NCBI RefSeq assembly: GCF_963921235.1
Contig: NC_086097.1
Span: forward strand, 34,660,001 to 34,724,000
Source: Mobula hypostoma
Lineage: Eukaryota
Direction of reading: 5' to 3'
DNA length: 64,000 bases
Positions 62,366 to 64,000 of the stretch are shown piece by piece. The position numbers were made by a program, and so were the translations under genes. How positions within the stretch are numbered: the first letter of the stretch is position 1; each line of letters begins with the position of its first letter. The notes beneath the pieces were generated by a model that searched no databases, was not told the origin of the DNA, and saw nothing but the letters and a program-made list of their open reading frames with translations.

Positions 62366-64000
62366 AAAATCTGTCATTTTAGTATTTAAATACAGTATTT
62401 TAATTTGTTAAACTACAGATTTAAAATGTGTTCCATTATTTATTTAAACAAGTCTTTTGAAGGAAGCTGAGCAGATATTAATATGTGAAGCCAAGCAGCA
62501 GTGCAGTCATGTGTAATTTTTGTTTGAATAATACCATTAGGAAACTTATTAAGCCTTTTTGAAAAAGTTTTTGTAAGGCATTGTTATGAAACAATGATCC
62601 TTCATGCTTACAAGACGTGCTTTCTAATGAAATAGTTTAAATTCATGTTGCAAACCTGGTGGTAATAACATTTGAAAATTGCAGACTTTCCCTGTTGGTT
62701 TCTGACAAAATGATTTTCCTGTTGAATCTTGCATCTTCTACATGTGTTTCCTGAGAAGGAAGGAAGGAATGGTATGACATCACATGTCACGGTTACATTT
62801 TCCAAATAATCATGGTACTTAACATCATGCCATTGCTTATAACAACTTTGTTCCTGTAATTATTTGCGATGTAAATAGTTTTGAAGGCATTGTAACAAGA
62901 ATAGTATTTGTGCTGATTTGGGTAATTTAGATGTGTTTGAATTGAAGAGTAAGAAACAGCTAGATAAAAATTTAAAAACTTATGGCAGGGTCAGTCGTGC
63001 TATCTTCAATGGATAATGCATCAACAATTTTGTGATTATACATGTACTTTATTGTGTTGGTTTGGAACACTATCAACGTTTAAATGGTAGCTGGTTAAAG
63101 TGCACAATGACAAAATTTAACTCTTTCATCATTATGGATTTCCCTTATTGTGAGAATCCTGTCTCCAAAAAGGATCTTTTTAAGGAAGTTCCTCTCTCCT
63201 ACATGCACAAATATACATGATACTTTCTGTGATGCAGGACCACACCATGAGTTGCTCCGCTCTGCAGGCTGACTGCATCGGCACATGATGTGTATGGTCA
63301 TCTGATGGCTGGATGCATCACAACTGAGTTCATTTCCTTGTCTTCTATCCACTTAGACACAATGAATGGAAGCATTCTACGCACATTAAGATCATCTGTA
63401 ACCTTTTACTACGTCCATAAAGACCACATGATCATTTAAAAGTGAATTAAACGTTACCAACTATGTTGAACCAATTTCATAAATTGAAAGCAAGCTGAAT
63501 TGTCTCTTTGAGAAAATCTCATGAATGTTACGAAAGGAAGCTTCAAGAAGCCAGTTAGGGAGAGAGGCTTTGCACATTACCCTTTTACCTTTTGAGGTCT
63601 GAATCCAAGCCAGTTTGCTGAGTACAATAAGCCTCTGTCAGTGAAAATGGATTATTTTTAACTGAGGTTAATTGACTAATGAAATGATTGATTAAAAGGC
63701 AATCAATCAAACAGTGATAAATCACAGGATGATTGGATGAGAAGTGGAAAACCAAACTGCTATTCTATTACATGAAGTAGTGATGCAGATTTAGCAGAGT
63801 AAGGAATACTGGATGGTTAAGCATTGGAACAGGAATGAAATGTTGCACTCAAAGCAGTTTGTTGTGCTGTACTGAAGTCTGTCTGTAAGGAACACCAGTA
63901 AAACAATATTTTGACTCATACCTTCAGAAATTAGGAAATTCAGTTCTTTTAGGTAATAGTCATTGTTAACAGTACATTATTCATAATTACTCTACATAAC

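Noticed and set aside
56700..64000. Exons of neighbouring genes such as WDR89, which flanks SGPP1 in human
   Set aside because: No WD40-like or other recognisable coding sequence seen; short non-coding exons cannot be excluded.
1..64000. CRISPR array, rRNA, tRNA or prokaryotic system
   Set aside because: No regularly spaced repeat-spacer array or complete structural RNA gene seen; tRNA-like boxes occur only in SINE heads.

Overview
Vertebrate genomic DNA. The repeat landscape (CR1, Rex1/Babar, RTE, Penelope, V-SINE, Deu-SINE) suggests a cartilaginous fish, probably a ray; this is an inference. The window holds one host gene, SGPP1 (sphingosine-1-phosphate phosphatase 1), on the + strand. It has three coding exons (7387-8079, 37914-38003, 48035-48586; 444 aa), a CpG-island promoter and a possibly very long 3' UTR. 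Almost every other ORF in the track is a decayed retroelement fragment or a chance frame. The non-coding structure is the more interesting part. (1) A Penelope-like element family carries a minimal type I hammerhead ribozyme motif: two intact cores (18921-18956 and 33448-33481, both antisense to SGPP1) and about seven truncated, decayed or fold-back relatives. (2) A 5-bp TA-CTG-TA insertion, resembling a Tc1/mariner excision footprint, sits at the same RT site in two CR1 copies. (3) Several nested insertions have readable target-site duplications (TSDs). (4) There is a sense-strand solo LTR, plus Tigger- and hAT-type non-autonomous DNA elements and non-coding LINE-tailed elements. Family names come from motif recognition only; no database search was run, and boundaries of old repeats are approximate.
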